In this document: positions 40,275 through 47,899 of the stretch, piece by piece
Numbering within the stretch: the first letter of the stretch is position 1
Layout of the letters: each line of letters starts with the position of its first letter
IMG/VR virus record: IMGVR_UViG_3300020598_000119
DNA from: a virus
Taxonomy: Duplodnaviria > Caudoviricetes
DNA length: 64,000 nucleotides
Reading direction: 5' to 3' (one strand)
Notes under the pieces: generated by a model
The model's database searches: none
Seen by the model: the letters and a program-made list of their open reading frames with translations, nothing else
Told to the model about the DNA's origin: nothing
Position numbers and translations under genes: made by a program

Positions 40275-40303
40275 TAGATGAATGACGTCGGCGAAACTGT
40301 CAA
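40275..40303 (-). promoter_or_regulatory. sigma70-like promoter of the leader/tRNA operon
   Basis: TTGACA-N17-CATCTA. Confidence 0.55.
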
Positions 40304-40465
40304 TATGATTTTTGCAATTTCTGATTTTTTATTCCGAGGACGTCCGATGCCGATGAATCATCTCTGAGGCGGATGGCCATTGGATGGCAAAAAGGGGCTG
40401 CAAGAAAATTGTTGGTTTCCAGCAACCGCAGGCACTATCATGAAACAAAATATTGGAGTTTTTCG

Positions 40466-41404
40466 ATGGCAATAGATTTACCTACCGCAGCCATGGCGCT
40501 TATCACCGCACTGGAGAGCGTCACTGGTGTTCAGATTGCTATTCTCGAACGTCGTGATGACCCGGCTGAATTCTGGGCCAGAACCGCAGCAATTCTATGT
40601 GATAAAACAAAACAGAATTGGTGCAGTGAGGACGTTCGCTTCATGACGTCCAATACGGAACTGATGGGGATGTCTCATATAATCGAGTACAACTTCGATG
40701 GGAAGGGGACACGTAGGGTATGCGCACTCCTGCCGCCCATTGCGAACATCGATCCCAATTTCATCGCCAATGCATATGGTTCACCGTATCCGACTATCTA
40801 CGATTTGCCATCGAGTGCGGAAACGGCAAGTTGGCTGATGCTGTATCATGCGGCGCACTGCCTCGACACAGCTCTGTCCGACCAGGAAGAAAACCGAGCT
40901 GTCGCCTTTGCGACTCTAGGGCTTTCGTTGATGGGAGGAGACTACAAGTTTCTGCCAGGAAGGGTACGCTCATCTGCTCGCCAGATTGCGGCCATGACAG
41001 GTAAGGCATCTGGATATTGGGCCGCAGGCACTGGCGAACGCATTCTGATGGATCTCTGGAAGACTGAAACTGGGGACAGGCTCCGGCGCGAGTACGGATG
41101 CTATCCAATAGTGAAACAGAGCAGCTCGATTGATATCGAACGGATTGCACGCGATTCACGCATTCCAGAAGGACAAAACTGCGCTGCAGAAGCAGGTGGG
41201 AACGGTGGTGGCATGCGTACGAACCCGCAGGGCACAATCACGGACGCCAACCTGTGGCTTTGGCTATATGGGCCTCAAAGTGGAGGAACGTCATCACCAA
41301 GGCTTGGCGTGCCCCCGAAGGACTACTATCCGTTTAAGACCTTCAAGGACTTCAGCACCGCCGCCTCTTACGTATTAGAGACAGCCAACAAGCTAGCGCA
41401 GTGA
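40466..41404 (+). CDS. hypothetical protein
   Basis: start taken at MAIDLP; 'YHAAHC' is an HExxH-like motif lacking Glu. Confidence 0.55.
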   Translation: MAIDLPTAAMALITALESVTGVQIAILERRDDPAEFWARTAAILCDKTKQNWCSEDVRFMTSNTELMGMSHIIEYNFDGKGTRRVCALLPPIANIDPNFIANAYGSPYPTIYDLPSSAETASWLMLYHAAHCLDTALSDQEENRAVAFATLGLSLMGGDYKFLPGRVRSSARQIAAMTGKASGYWAAGTGERILMDLWKTETGDRLRREYGCYPIVKQSSSIDIERIARDSRIPEGQNCAAEAGGNGGGMRTNPQGTITDANLWLWLYGPQSGGTSSPRLGVPPKDYYPFKTFKDFSTAASYVLETANKLAQ

Positions 41405-41710
41405 CGGTGTCGCTGACGGACGGAGTTCGTTGGCACGTCTGACGAGATCGTCGTGCCATGCCTTGGCTTCTGCGTCTGTGTAGGGCCTATAACAGCCAGA
41501 CCCCCAATCGGAATGAACGTAGTTATAGTCTGCGTCGACCTCCAGCGCATCTGCAGCCGCCGACAGGAGTGCAGTGTCAGGGCCAGTGAAGCGATCCTCA
41601 GGGGCGTCGAATTCGGGGTCGTAGTTCGGCGATAAGTTTGCATGCTTCTCAACGAACGCCCTGATTTCGGCGGCCAATGATCGACGTTCATCTGTCATTT
41701 CAAGCTCCAT
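41393..41710 (-). CDS. hypothetical protein
   Basis: 105-aa ORF. Confidence 0.5.
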   Translation of the reverse strand: MELEMTDERRSLAAEIRAFVEKHANLSPNYDPEFDAPEDRFTGPDTALLSAAADALEVDADYNYVHSDWGSGCYRPYTDAEAKAWHDDLVRRANELRPSATPSLR

Positions 41711-41794
41711 AGTTCCGACTAATGATCAAAACTTACCCTTGAACGCTACAAACGAGCGAAAAAGAGAAAAAATTAAAAAATGCAAAAATGGCCA

Positions 41795-41823
41795 TTGACA
41801 CATTCCGCCGTCTAATTCATATC
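41795..41823 (+). promoter_or_regulatory. sigma70-like promoter of the Ser/Gln leader
   Basis: TTGACA-N17-CATATC. Confidence 0.55.
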
Positions 41824-41847
41824 TAGGGAAGATCAAGGAGTTTAGAA

Positions 41848-41940
41848 ATGTTCGTTCAGTCGTCCCAACAGCAATCCAGCCAGTCGAGTTCATCAAGCTC
41901 GAACGCGGTGCTGTGCGCGGTGACTGATCCGAAAATCTGA
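41848..41940 (+). CDS. leader peptide MFVQSSQQQSSQSSSSSSNAVLCAVTDPKI
   Basis: AAGGAG RBS; 15 consecutive Ser/Gln codons. Confidence 0.85.
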   Translation: MFVQSSQQQSSQSSSSSSNAVLCAVTDPKI

Positions 41941-41965
41941 CCTCAATATCAGATCAAAAGGTTTC

Positions 41966-41992
41966 AGAACCCGCCCAAAAGGCGGGTTTTTT
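41966..41992 (+). terminator. attenuator terminator of the Ser/Gln tRNA operon
   Basis: AACCCGCC-caaaa-GGCGGGTTTTTT, 6 nt before the first tRNA. Confidence 0.85.
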
Positions 41993-41998
41993 GTATGC

Positions 41999-42090
41999 GG
42001 AAACATGGCTGAGAGGCTTAAAGCAGCGGTTTGCTAAACCGTCAGGGAGGTAAAATACCCTCGGGAGTTCGAATCTCCCTGTTTCCGCCA
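41999..42090 (+). tRNA. tRNA-Ser(GCT)
   Basis: GCGGT-TT GCT AA-ACCGT, long variable arm, GCCA. Confidence 0.92.
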
Positions 42091-42131
42091 CGAATTCGAA
42101 TTTTCTGTCCGCAGGGAATTCAAACAAATAC

Positions 42132-42219
42132 GGAGCTGTGACCGAGTGGCTTAAGGTGGCAGTCTTGAAAACTGATGCGGCTAACCCCGCCGTAGGTTCG
42201 AATCCTACCAGCTCCGCCA
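42132..42219 (+). tRNA. tRNA-Ser(TGA)
   Basis: CAGT-CT TGA AA-ACTG, GCCA. Confidence 0.9.
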
Positions 42220-42253
42220 CAATTTTGGCTTATTTATTTATGGGAGAAGGGCC

Positions 42254-42457
42254 ATGACAGTACACGAAATAAATGCTCCGGTTGATGCCGTAGACGCAGC
42301 TGTCATGGCCCTTGTGGAAGCCCATGTTGATAAGGCTCAACAGGCCAGAGAACGATCCAATCTGAGGGGATGGTTCGTTGGCCAGACGATGAAGCAGCTT
42401 AATGGAACTGCAGAGCGTCAAACAGTCGAAATCGCAGTGAATAAGGCACTGCAATAA
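42254..42457 (+). CDS. stand-alone GatB/YqeY C-terminal (tRNA-binding) domain-like protein
   Basis: 'LRGWFVGQTMKQLNGTA' resembles the GatB tail 'GFFVGQVMK..KGKA'. Confidence 0.6.
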   Translation: MTVHEINAPVDAVDAAVMALVEAHVDKAQQARERSNLRGWFVGQTMKQLNGTAERQTVEIAVNKALQ

Positions 42458-42492
42458 TAGGAGTTTCGGCCTAATAAATGGGCCAAAGAATT

Positions 42493-42582
42493 GGAAAGAT
42501 GGCAGAGTCCGGTTGATTGCACTCGCCTCGAAAGCGAGCAAGCCGCAAGGCTTCGGGAGTTCAAATCTCCCTCTTTCCGCCA
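42493..42582 (+). tRNA. tRNA-Ser(CGA)
   Basis: CTCGC-CT CGA AA-GCGAG, GCCA. Confidence 0.92.
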
Positions 42583-42588
42583 GCACGT

Positions 42589-42662
42589 TGGGGATTAGTT
42601 TAATGGTAGAACGGCGGACTCTGAATCCGTTGGTCCTGGTTCGAGTCCAGGATGCCCAGCCA
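42589..42662 (+). tRNA. tRNA-Gln(CTG)
   Basis: U1-A72, GCGGA-CT CTG AA-TCCGT. Confidence 0.9.
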
Positions 42663-42679
42663 AGAATTACGAAATAAAT

Positions 42680-42754
42680 TGGGGCGTCGCCAAGCGGTAA
42701 GGCATCGGTTTTTGGTACCGACATGCGGAGGTTCGAATCCTCCCGCCCCAGCCA
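42680..42754 (+). tRNA. tRNA-Gln(TTG)
   Basis: U1-A72, TCGGT-TT TTG GT-ACCGA. Confidence 0.92.
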
Positions 42755-42778
42755 TTTTCGTAGTTAATTCGTTAAATT

Positions 42779-42866
42779 GGAGCCGTGGCAGAGTGGTTGA
42801 ATGCACTCGCTTGGAAAGCGGGCAGACCGCAAGGTCTCGGGAGTTCGAACCTCCCCGGCTCCGCCA
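42779..42866 (+). tRNA. tRNA-Ser(GGA)
   Basis: CTCGC-TT GGA AA-GCGGG, GCCA. Confidence 0.92.
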
Positions 42867-42888
42867 ATTATTAAATAAGGAAAAATCC

Positions 42889-43125
42889 ATGAGCAATGAG
42901 TCGATTAACATCAAAGAACACGTCACTGCAGGACCGTGCACACTCGTTTGCGCGCGAGCAGGCAATCTCTGGTATCGAACTGCTCTTGGATTTGAATTCC
43001 CAGTGCCTTTCTCGGATATGGGTGACGCGACTTTCTCGTCCGAGGAGAAAGGCATGATGCTCATGCGCTACATCCGAAAGCACAATGAAACGATCACTGC
43101 TGCGCGACAACAACAAGTCGCGTAG
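42889..43125 (+). CDS. small phage-like hypothetical protein inside the tRNA operon
   Basis: AAGGA RBS; 'LWYRT..GFEFPVP.SD.GDATF...EK....MRYIRK'. Confidence 0.65.
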   Translation: MSNESINIKEHVTAGPCTLVCARAGNLWYRTALGFEFPVPFSDMGDATFSSEEKGMMLMRYIRKHNETITAARQQQVA

Positions 43126-43161
43126 GCAGTCGTCTTTCTCTCATTAGACGACTTTTGATGA

Positions 43162-43236
43162 TGCCGAGTCGTCTAATGGTAGGATCTGAGCCTTTGAAGC
43201 TACAGGACGTGGGTTCGACCCCCACCTCGGCATCCA
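43162..43236 (+). tRNA. tRNA-Gln(TTG), atypical bulged anticodon stem
   Basis: TGCCGAG/CTCGGCA-TCCA, AGC-CT TTG AA-GCT. Confidence 0.7.
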
Positions 43237-43263
43237 ATTTTAGCCTTGATTACAAAACTTATA

Positions 43264-43539
43264 TCACTTGGAATTGACGGGTGAGTAAGCGTTTGGAATT
43301 GCCCAGTCTCTGGGAAATCTTAAGCCAAATCCCCCACTCTCATCCAGCTCGATGAATTGGACGCCACGTTTCTCCAGCGCCTTCTTAATGCGCAGCTTTG
43401 TTTCAAGTCGTATACCGACGTTCGTTTCCAATTTCGATATTGTCTTGGGGCTGACGCGTGCCGCGATAGCAAGTTCTGCCTGACTGAGGTTCAGACCAAT
43501 CCTCGCGAGGCGCAGTAAGGGCGGCGGCGGCGTATTCAT
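43264..43539 (-). CDS. XRE-family HTH regulator
   Basis: 'RLARIGLNLSQAELA..A.VS.KTISKLE...ALEKRGVQFI'. Confidence 0.85.
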   Translation of the reverse strand: MNTPPPPLLRLARIGLNLSQAELAIAARVSPKTISKLETNVGIRLETKLRIKKALEKRGVQFIELDESGGFGLRFPRDWAIPNAYSPVNSK

Positions 43540-43714
43540 CGCCGCTTTGTAGTCTCAAACGGAACAGACGTCATATAAAATTGCGAAAATGCTAATCGCA
43601 GGTATTTTCATGCTAATCACTCGCACAAAAGTGCTAATTGATCGCACGTTTTTCATATGCGCCCGCATCGCCAAAACAGCTCTGCCCCGAATCAGCAGCA
43701 TCAGCCGGAGAATG

Positions 43715-44323
43715 TCAGGCTGCAAGCGTCATGGGCACTGTTGGTAGAGGCTTCTCACCGTTTGAAGCGTAGTGCGACCAGATCGCAAGATCGAAGTCCG
43801 CAGGAGACATTCCTGCCGCCTTTGTCTCGGCAATCATGATCTGCTCCAGTCTAGCATATACCTTACCCGTTGGAACGCCGTTAGGCACGTCGTAGCCGCG
43901 TTCTTTGAGGTACTTTGTAACATGAGTGTCGATGACCGCGATGTTGGCGTTCTCGCGAGAATGCATGATAAAAAAGCGCGATGTCTTCGGTCCTACGCCT
44001 GGTAGCTCTTCCAAGTCCTGTGGAGAAACCCCTCTTAGATCGAGACGGCCGACTTCAGCTGAGTTAGCGAAAGCCGCTTCCAAGAGGGCATACTTCCCCA
44101 TTCGCACTTCTTTCAATCGACCCAGCAGCTCACCGGAATTGGCCAAACGATCAACATATTCGAATGGTGATTCCCCATTAATACGGCCGCTCAGAAATTC
44201 ATCAATTTTCGCTGCAATCATCGTTGCCTTTTTGCCAGCGACGGCCAGACAAAATAGCCAGAATTCCTCAAGCTCTTCAGTCGTACGCTGATAATTGGTG
44301 ATTTTAAACGGATCGATCATCAC
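43715..44323 (-). CDS. HhH-GPD superfamily DNA glycosylase-like protein
   Basis: 'LPGVGPKTSRFF...AVIDTH'. Confidence 0.75.
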   Translation of the reverse strand: MMIDPFKITNYQRTTEELEEFWLFCLAVAGKKATMIAAKIDEFLSGRINGESPFEYVDRLANSGELLGRLKEVRMGKYALLEAAFANSAEVGRLDLRGVSPQDLEELPGVGPKTSRFFIMHSRENANIAVIDTHVTKYLKERGYDVPNGVPTGKVYARLEQIMIAETKAAGMSPADFDLAIWSHYASNGEKPLPTVPMTLAA

Positions 44324-44385
44324 TTAATCCTTTCAATTTTGATGATGATCGAATGATTTATTTATGTCAAATAAGTTGACGCAAA

Positions 44386-45441
44386 TTACCTGCGGCCTTC
44401 GTCAATTGCTCCAAGTGACATCCGCTCGAAGAAATCGGTTGTCATGTCCTGAAACGCCTGCTTTTCATAATCACCATAGGCGAGGAGAAAGGCTGTCGAA
44501 ATTGCCTTCAGCACTTGGAAGAGCTTTTTCTCCGTTGCGTTGGATCGGGCAACCTGACCAGAAAACGTGTTGGCACTGCCATTCTTCAGCAAACCAACGT
44601 GCTTATATCCTGGCTTTGCCAGTCGGTAGGATTTTGCCTTCTCTTGATAGGGCTGCCCAGTGAAATCGATCTCGTTTTCGGCGAGCAGATAGAGGCTCGG
44701 CGCGCTAATGTTGGCCCAGGAAGACTCGTCCAATCCCATGACACCAGGCCCCTGAGGGGACATCATGATGCCCGCGAAGAAGCGTGGATCGGCAAAAGTT
44801 CTACGCTTGCTTTCACCGTCCTTCACAGAGGCCCCAAGGAGCATCTGCGCAACGTAAGCACCGTATCCATGTCCAACGATGATCGGTCGCTCCACATTGA
44901 TTTCCTGCCCGACAGCCTCTTTGATCAGCTGCAGGTCGTCCAACACACTAACACAGGCTTCAGCGCGCTCCTGCCAAGCGACGGGATCTTCAAGCAAGGC
45001 AGAGATCGCCCAATCCGAAACGCTGTCGACAGACGTCTTTCGGAGGGAAGGACCGTTTTCGATGATTGAATCTCGATGAAGTGGCGCAACCACGACAAAG
45101 CCATGGCTTGCCCAATGCCAAAGGAGATCGCGGTAGGCAAGCGGCTCGGCCACGGCTCCATGGCTGAAAACAATAAGGCGAGGGCTTTTGTGGTTTCTGG
45201 GAAAGAAGACCATATAGTCAAAGCCGCGACCTTTCACAGTGGTCGGCGATGCAGAAAATACGTATGGCCCTTGGGTAGCGTAACTCGCGTAGCGCGGATC
45301 GACACCTGGAATGTCTTCCCGAATGATGAGAGGCGAATTATCCGTATCCTGAGCAAACGCCACAGCTGGTAATATGAATGCGGCTGAACCAAGCAGGAAA
45401 AGACGTCTGGTCAAATTACGCATCCACGTGCTCCTGGACAC
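44386..45441 (-). CDS. Tat-exported alpha/beta-hydrolase-fold protein lacking the nucleophile Ser
   Basis: 'TRRLFL', 'IVFSHG', 'WASHGFVVVAP.H.DS', 'GHGYGA'. Confidence 0.75.
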   Translation of the reverse strand: MSRSTWMRNLTRRLFLLGSAAFILPAVAFAQDTDNSPLIIREDIPGVDPRYASYATQGPYVFSASPTTVKGRGFDYMVFFPRNHKSPRLIVFSHGAVAEPLAYRDLLWHWASHGFVVVAPLHRDSIIENGPSLRKTSVDSVSDWAISALLEDPVAWQERAEACVSVLDDLQLIKEAVGQEINVERPIIVGHGYGAYVAQMLLGASVKDGESKRRTFADPRFFAGIMMSPQGPGVMGLDESSWANISAPSLYLLAENEIDFTGQPYQEKAKSYRLAKPGYKHVGLLKNGSANTFSGQVARSNATEKKLFQVLKAISTAFLLAYGDYEKQAFQDMTTDFFERMSLGAIDEGRR

Positions 45442-46030
45442 TATCGATCTTCGTCACATGGTAGGTTCCACCGTCCTGGATCACTGACATCGCATGAAGG
45501 AAAGCTTCCTCGCCTCCCAACATTATTGCGAGCTGGCTCACGGTTTCCAAACAGCCGAGCGTATATTCCGTTGTCATAAAGGCGGGAGGTATCAGCTCTT
45601 CACGGCATGCGATCAGAATGCGGGCAACAATCAAACAATGAGCAGCGGCTTCGGTGGATGGAGAAGAAGGCAGGCGAAATGCAGGAGCGTAGGGACGTAT
45701 GGTGAGGCTGTCGATCTCAAGACAATTAAGTAAAATGTCAACGTCCGGCAAAGCTTGGTCAATTGCCGATATAAGTGAAACGACCCAATCACCGGGTGAG
45801 AAAGATTGATTGGTTGAAGGGAAGTCAAACAGCAACGGAGCTTGGCTATCGCTTGGCAAAGGACGCACTATTTCGCCATCCTTCCATCCAGCCAATTCAT
45901 CAGAGGCGAACGTATTCCAGACAATCTCTCCCAAGCGGGAACGGAAATTTGCTGGAGGGATGTAAGGATGTTCAACCTCAAAAATGCTATTTTGCATCGT
46001 CGGTGTCCTTGAAACCGTTTCTTTTCTCAT
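45416..46030 (-). CDS. hypothetical protein
   Basis: 204-aa ORF. Confidence 0.45.
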   Translation of the reverse strand: MRKETVSRTPTMQNSIFEVEHPYIPPANFRSRLGEIVWNTFASDELAGWKDGEIVRPLPSDSQAPLLFDFPSTNQSFSPGDWVVSLISAIDQALPDVDILLNCLEIDSLTIRPYAPAFRLPSSPSTEAAAHCLIVARILIACREELIPPAFMTTEYTLGCLETVSQLAIMLGGEEAFLHAMSVIQDGGTYHVTKIDSVQEHVDA

Positions 46031-46084
46031 CCATCATGCTACCTTGATTAAAACACTGCAACCACTTCTAGGGAATTCGACGTC

Positions 46085-46687
46085 TTGAAACACGAAGAAA
46101 TAGACCTGAGTAAGCGTTCTTTTATGAAAATTGCCGCCACGCTTGGTGCGACGGCTGCTCTATGTCCGCTTTCATCTCTAATGCTGCCGGATTCAGCCCT
46201 TGCTGAACCGATGGTGCCACTGCGTCTCTTTAATCCGCATACGGGAGAAACCTATTCTGTTGAACTGTTTTCCGGTTCTCAGTGGAATAAATCAGGTCTC
46301 CTCGTTTGCGATTGGATGATGCGTGACTGGCGTCAGAAACAAGTCGTGAATTGTGATCGCAAACTCTACGCAGCTCTGTACGTTATTCAACGCAAATTCA
46401 ACGTATCGTCTCCGATTGCCATCAATTCTGGCTTTAGAAGTAACGCAACAAACAGAATGCTTCGAGGAAATTCCATAGCCAGAAACGGCGGGCGAGTAAC
46501 AGCAGAATCTCCTGCGGTGAACAGCCAGCATCTCTATGCAAAAGCGGTCGATTTTTCAATCCCAGGCGTCCCAGTTCCCGTTGTTTCTCGTTATGTCAAA
46601 TCGCTAAATATTGGCGGCCTTGGTGTATATAGCACTTTCACACATATGGACACGGGCAGAATTCGCCAATGGGGAAGGCCGATCTAA
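46085..46687 (+). CDS. ycbK: YcbK/DUF882 (M15 peptidase, MepK-like) protein
   Basis: Tat-like signal, 'RDWR', 'SGFRS..TN', 'SQHL..KAVD', 'GGLGVY..F.H.DTG..R.W'. Confidence 0.85.
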   Translation: MKHEEIDLSKRSFMKIAATLGATAALCPLSSLMLPDSALAEPMVPLRLFNPHTGETYSVELFSGSQWNKSGLLVCDWMMRDWRQKQVVNCDRKLYAALYVIQRKFNVSSPIAINSGFRSNATNRMLRGNSIARNGGRVTAESPAVNSQHLYAKAVDFSIPGVPVPVVSRYVKSLNIGGLGVYSTFTHMDTGRIRQWGRPI

Positions 46688-47298
46688 TGACATTCAGTCG
46701 CCGAAGTTTTCTCGCCTTGTTGACTGCGGCCGCAGTCACAGGAATGACCGCATCTGTGTCCTTTGCTGACGGGGTTAACGTTGGCGACGTAATAGATAAA
46801 TTCACAAAAATACGCTCAATGTCAGGCGAGTTCGTGCAATTCGACTACAAAGGAAACCAATCAGAAGGGACCTTTGCAATCCTTCGTCCAGGCATGGCTC
46901 GCTTCGATTATCGCAATAAAGGTGGTCTCAACATTCTTGCGGACGGGAAGACCGTGGCTGTCGAAAACAGGCGGCTCAAGACATGGGACCTTTATCCGCT
47001 TTCGCGAACGCCGCTCAACTTACTACTCGGGGATCGGATTGATCTGACGACAGGGATCATCAAATACGTGGTTGAAAAAGACGGCCTCATCGCGGTAATG
47101 CTTGCCGATCAAAAAACATTCGGCAATTCGACCATTGAAATATTTTTTGATAAGAATACAAGCGAGCTACGCCAGTGGACCCTTTTGGATGAAGCTCGAC
47201 GGGAAACGACTGTTGTCGTTCATAACCTGAAGGTCAACACGCCTTTACCGAAGCACGTATTTAGAATCCCATACAAAGACATCCGCGAGCGAAATTAA
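46687..47298 (+). CDS. lolA: outer-membrane lipoprotein carrier LolA-like
   Basis: 'GEFVQ....G...G.F.I.RPG..RFDY', 'DLYPLSRTPL.LLL'. Confidence 0.85.
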   Translation: MTFSRRSFLALLTAAAVTGMTASVSFADGVNVGDVIDKFTKIRSMSGEFVQFDYKGNQSEGTFAILRPGMARFDYRNKGGLNILADGKTVAVENRRLKTWDLYPLSRTPLNLLLGDRIDLTTGIIKYVVEKDGLIAVMLADQKTFGNSTIEIFFDKNTSELRQWTLLDEARRETTVVVHNLKVNTPLPKHVFRIPYKDIRERN

Positions 47299-47364
47299 TC
47301 ACCGGCGCTTGATTCGATCTGGAATTGACGGGGAACATGTGTTTTCAAGCTGTTTGGGAATTAC

Positions 47365-47898
47365 ATGCGCCAGTCAATTATTACCAGTTTCGGATTAGCG
47401 GAAGACGGTCATCCCTGTGAAGCCGCGCTTGAATTTAGACGTCTCGCAATAACAAAACAAATTGCGGACGATTTAAGCGTAAATGGACTCGATCTCGCCA
47501 TCTCATTTGCTTGGGCCGGAAAAGCCATCTCTAGAAGCAAGAAGCTTGATGCGTGGCAACAAACTGGCGTCGATCCCAATACGTGGGAGATAGTTCGGGC
47601 AATGTCCCTTGACGTTGAAATCAGACGCTATGCGCTTAATGATGCTCTCTACGCAGCGCCAGAAGATGCATTTGCAAGCGCGCTCGACCATCTTCGCAAG
47701 GCGTCTGCATTCCAGCGCGCCATGTCATCCATACAAGCAACAATTAGCGTCAGCAGCTCTCAGAGCGATGTCCTATTCTGGATGGGAGAACTTGCTCGGA
47801 TAGCCAAGCAGATACCGGGGCCAGATGTGAAGCCCAGCATCGCCAAGGCCGACAATCTGGTGAACCTAGCTTCCTTCAGAAAAAAGAGGGGCACCTAG
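47365..47898 (+). CDS. hypothetical protein
   Basis: 177-aa ORF. Confidence 0.5.
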   Translation: MRQSIITSFGLAEDGHPCEAALEFRRLAITKQIADDLSVNGLDLAISFAWAGKAISRSKKLDAWQQTGVDPNTWEIVRAMSLDVEIRRYALNDALYAAPEDAFASALDHLRKASAFQRAMSSIQATISVSSSQSDVLFWMGELARIAKQIPGPDVKPSIAKADNLVNLASFRKKRGT

Positions 47899-47899
47899 C

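Noticed and set aside
39860-40300. T-box riboswitch as the controller of the tRNA operons
   Set aside because: No T-box consensus (UGGNACC) or specifier stem is seen; translated leaders with RBSs explain the structures better.
41857-41901. Ser/Gln run as a simple low-complexity repeat
   Set aside because: It is not a nucleotide repeat: it uses five different Ser codons and both Gln codons.
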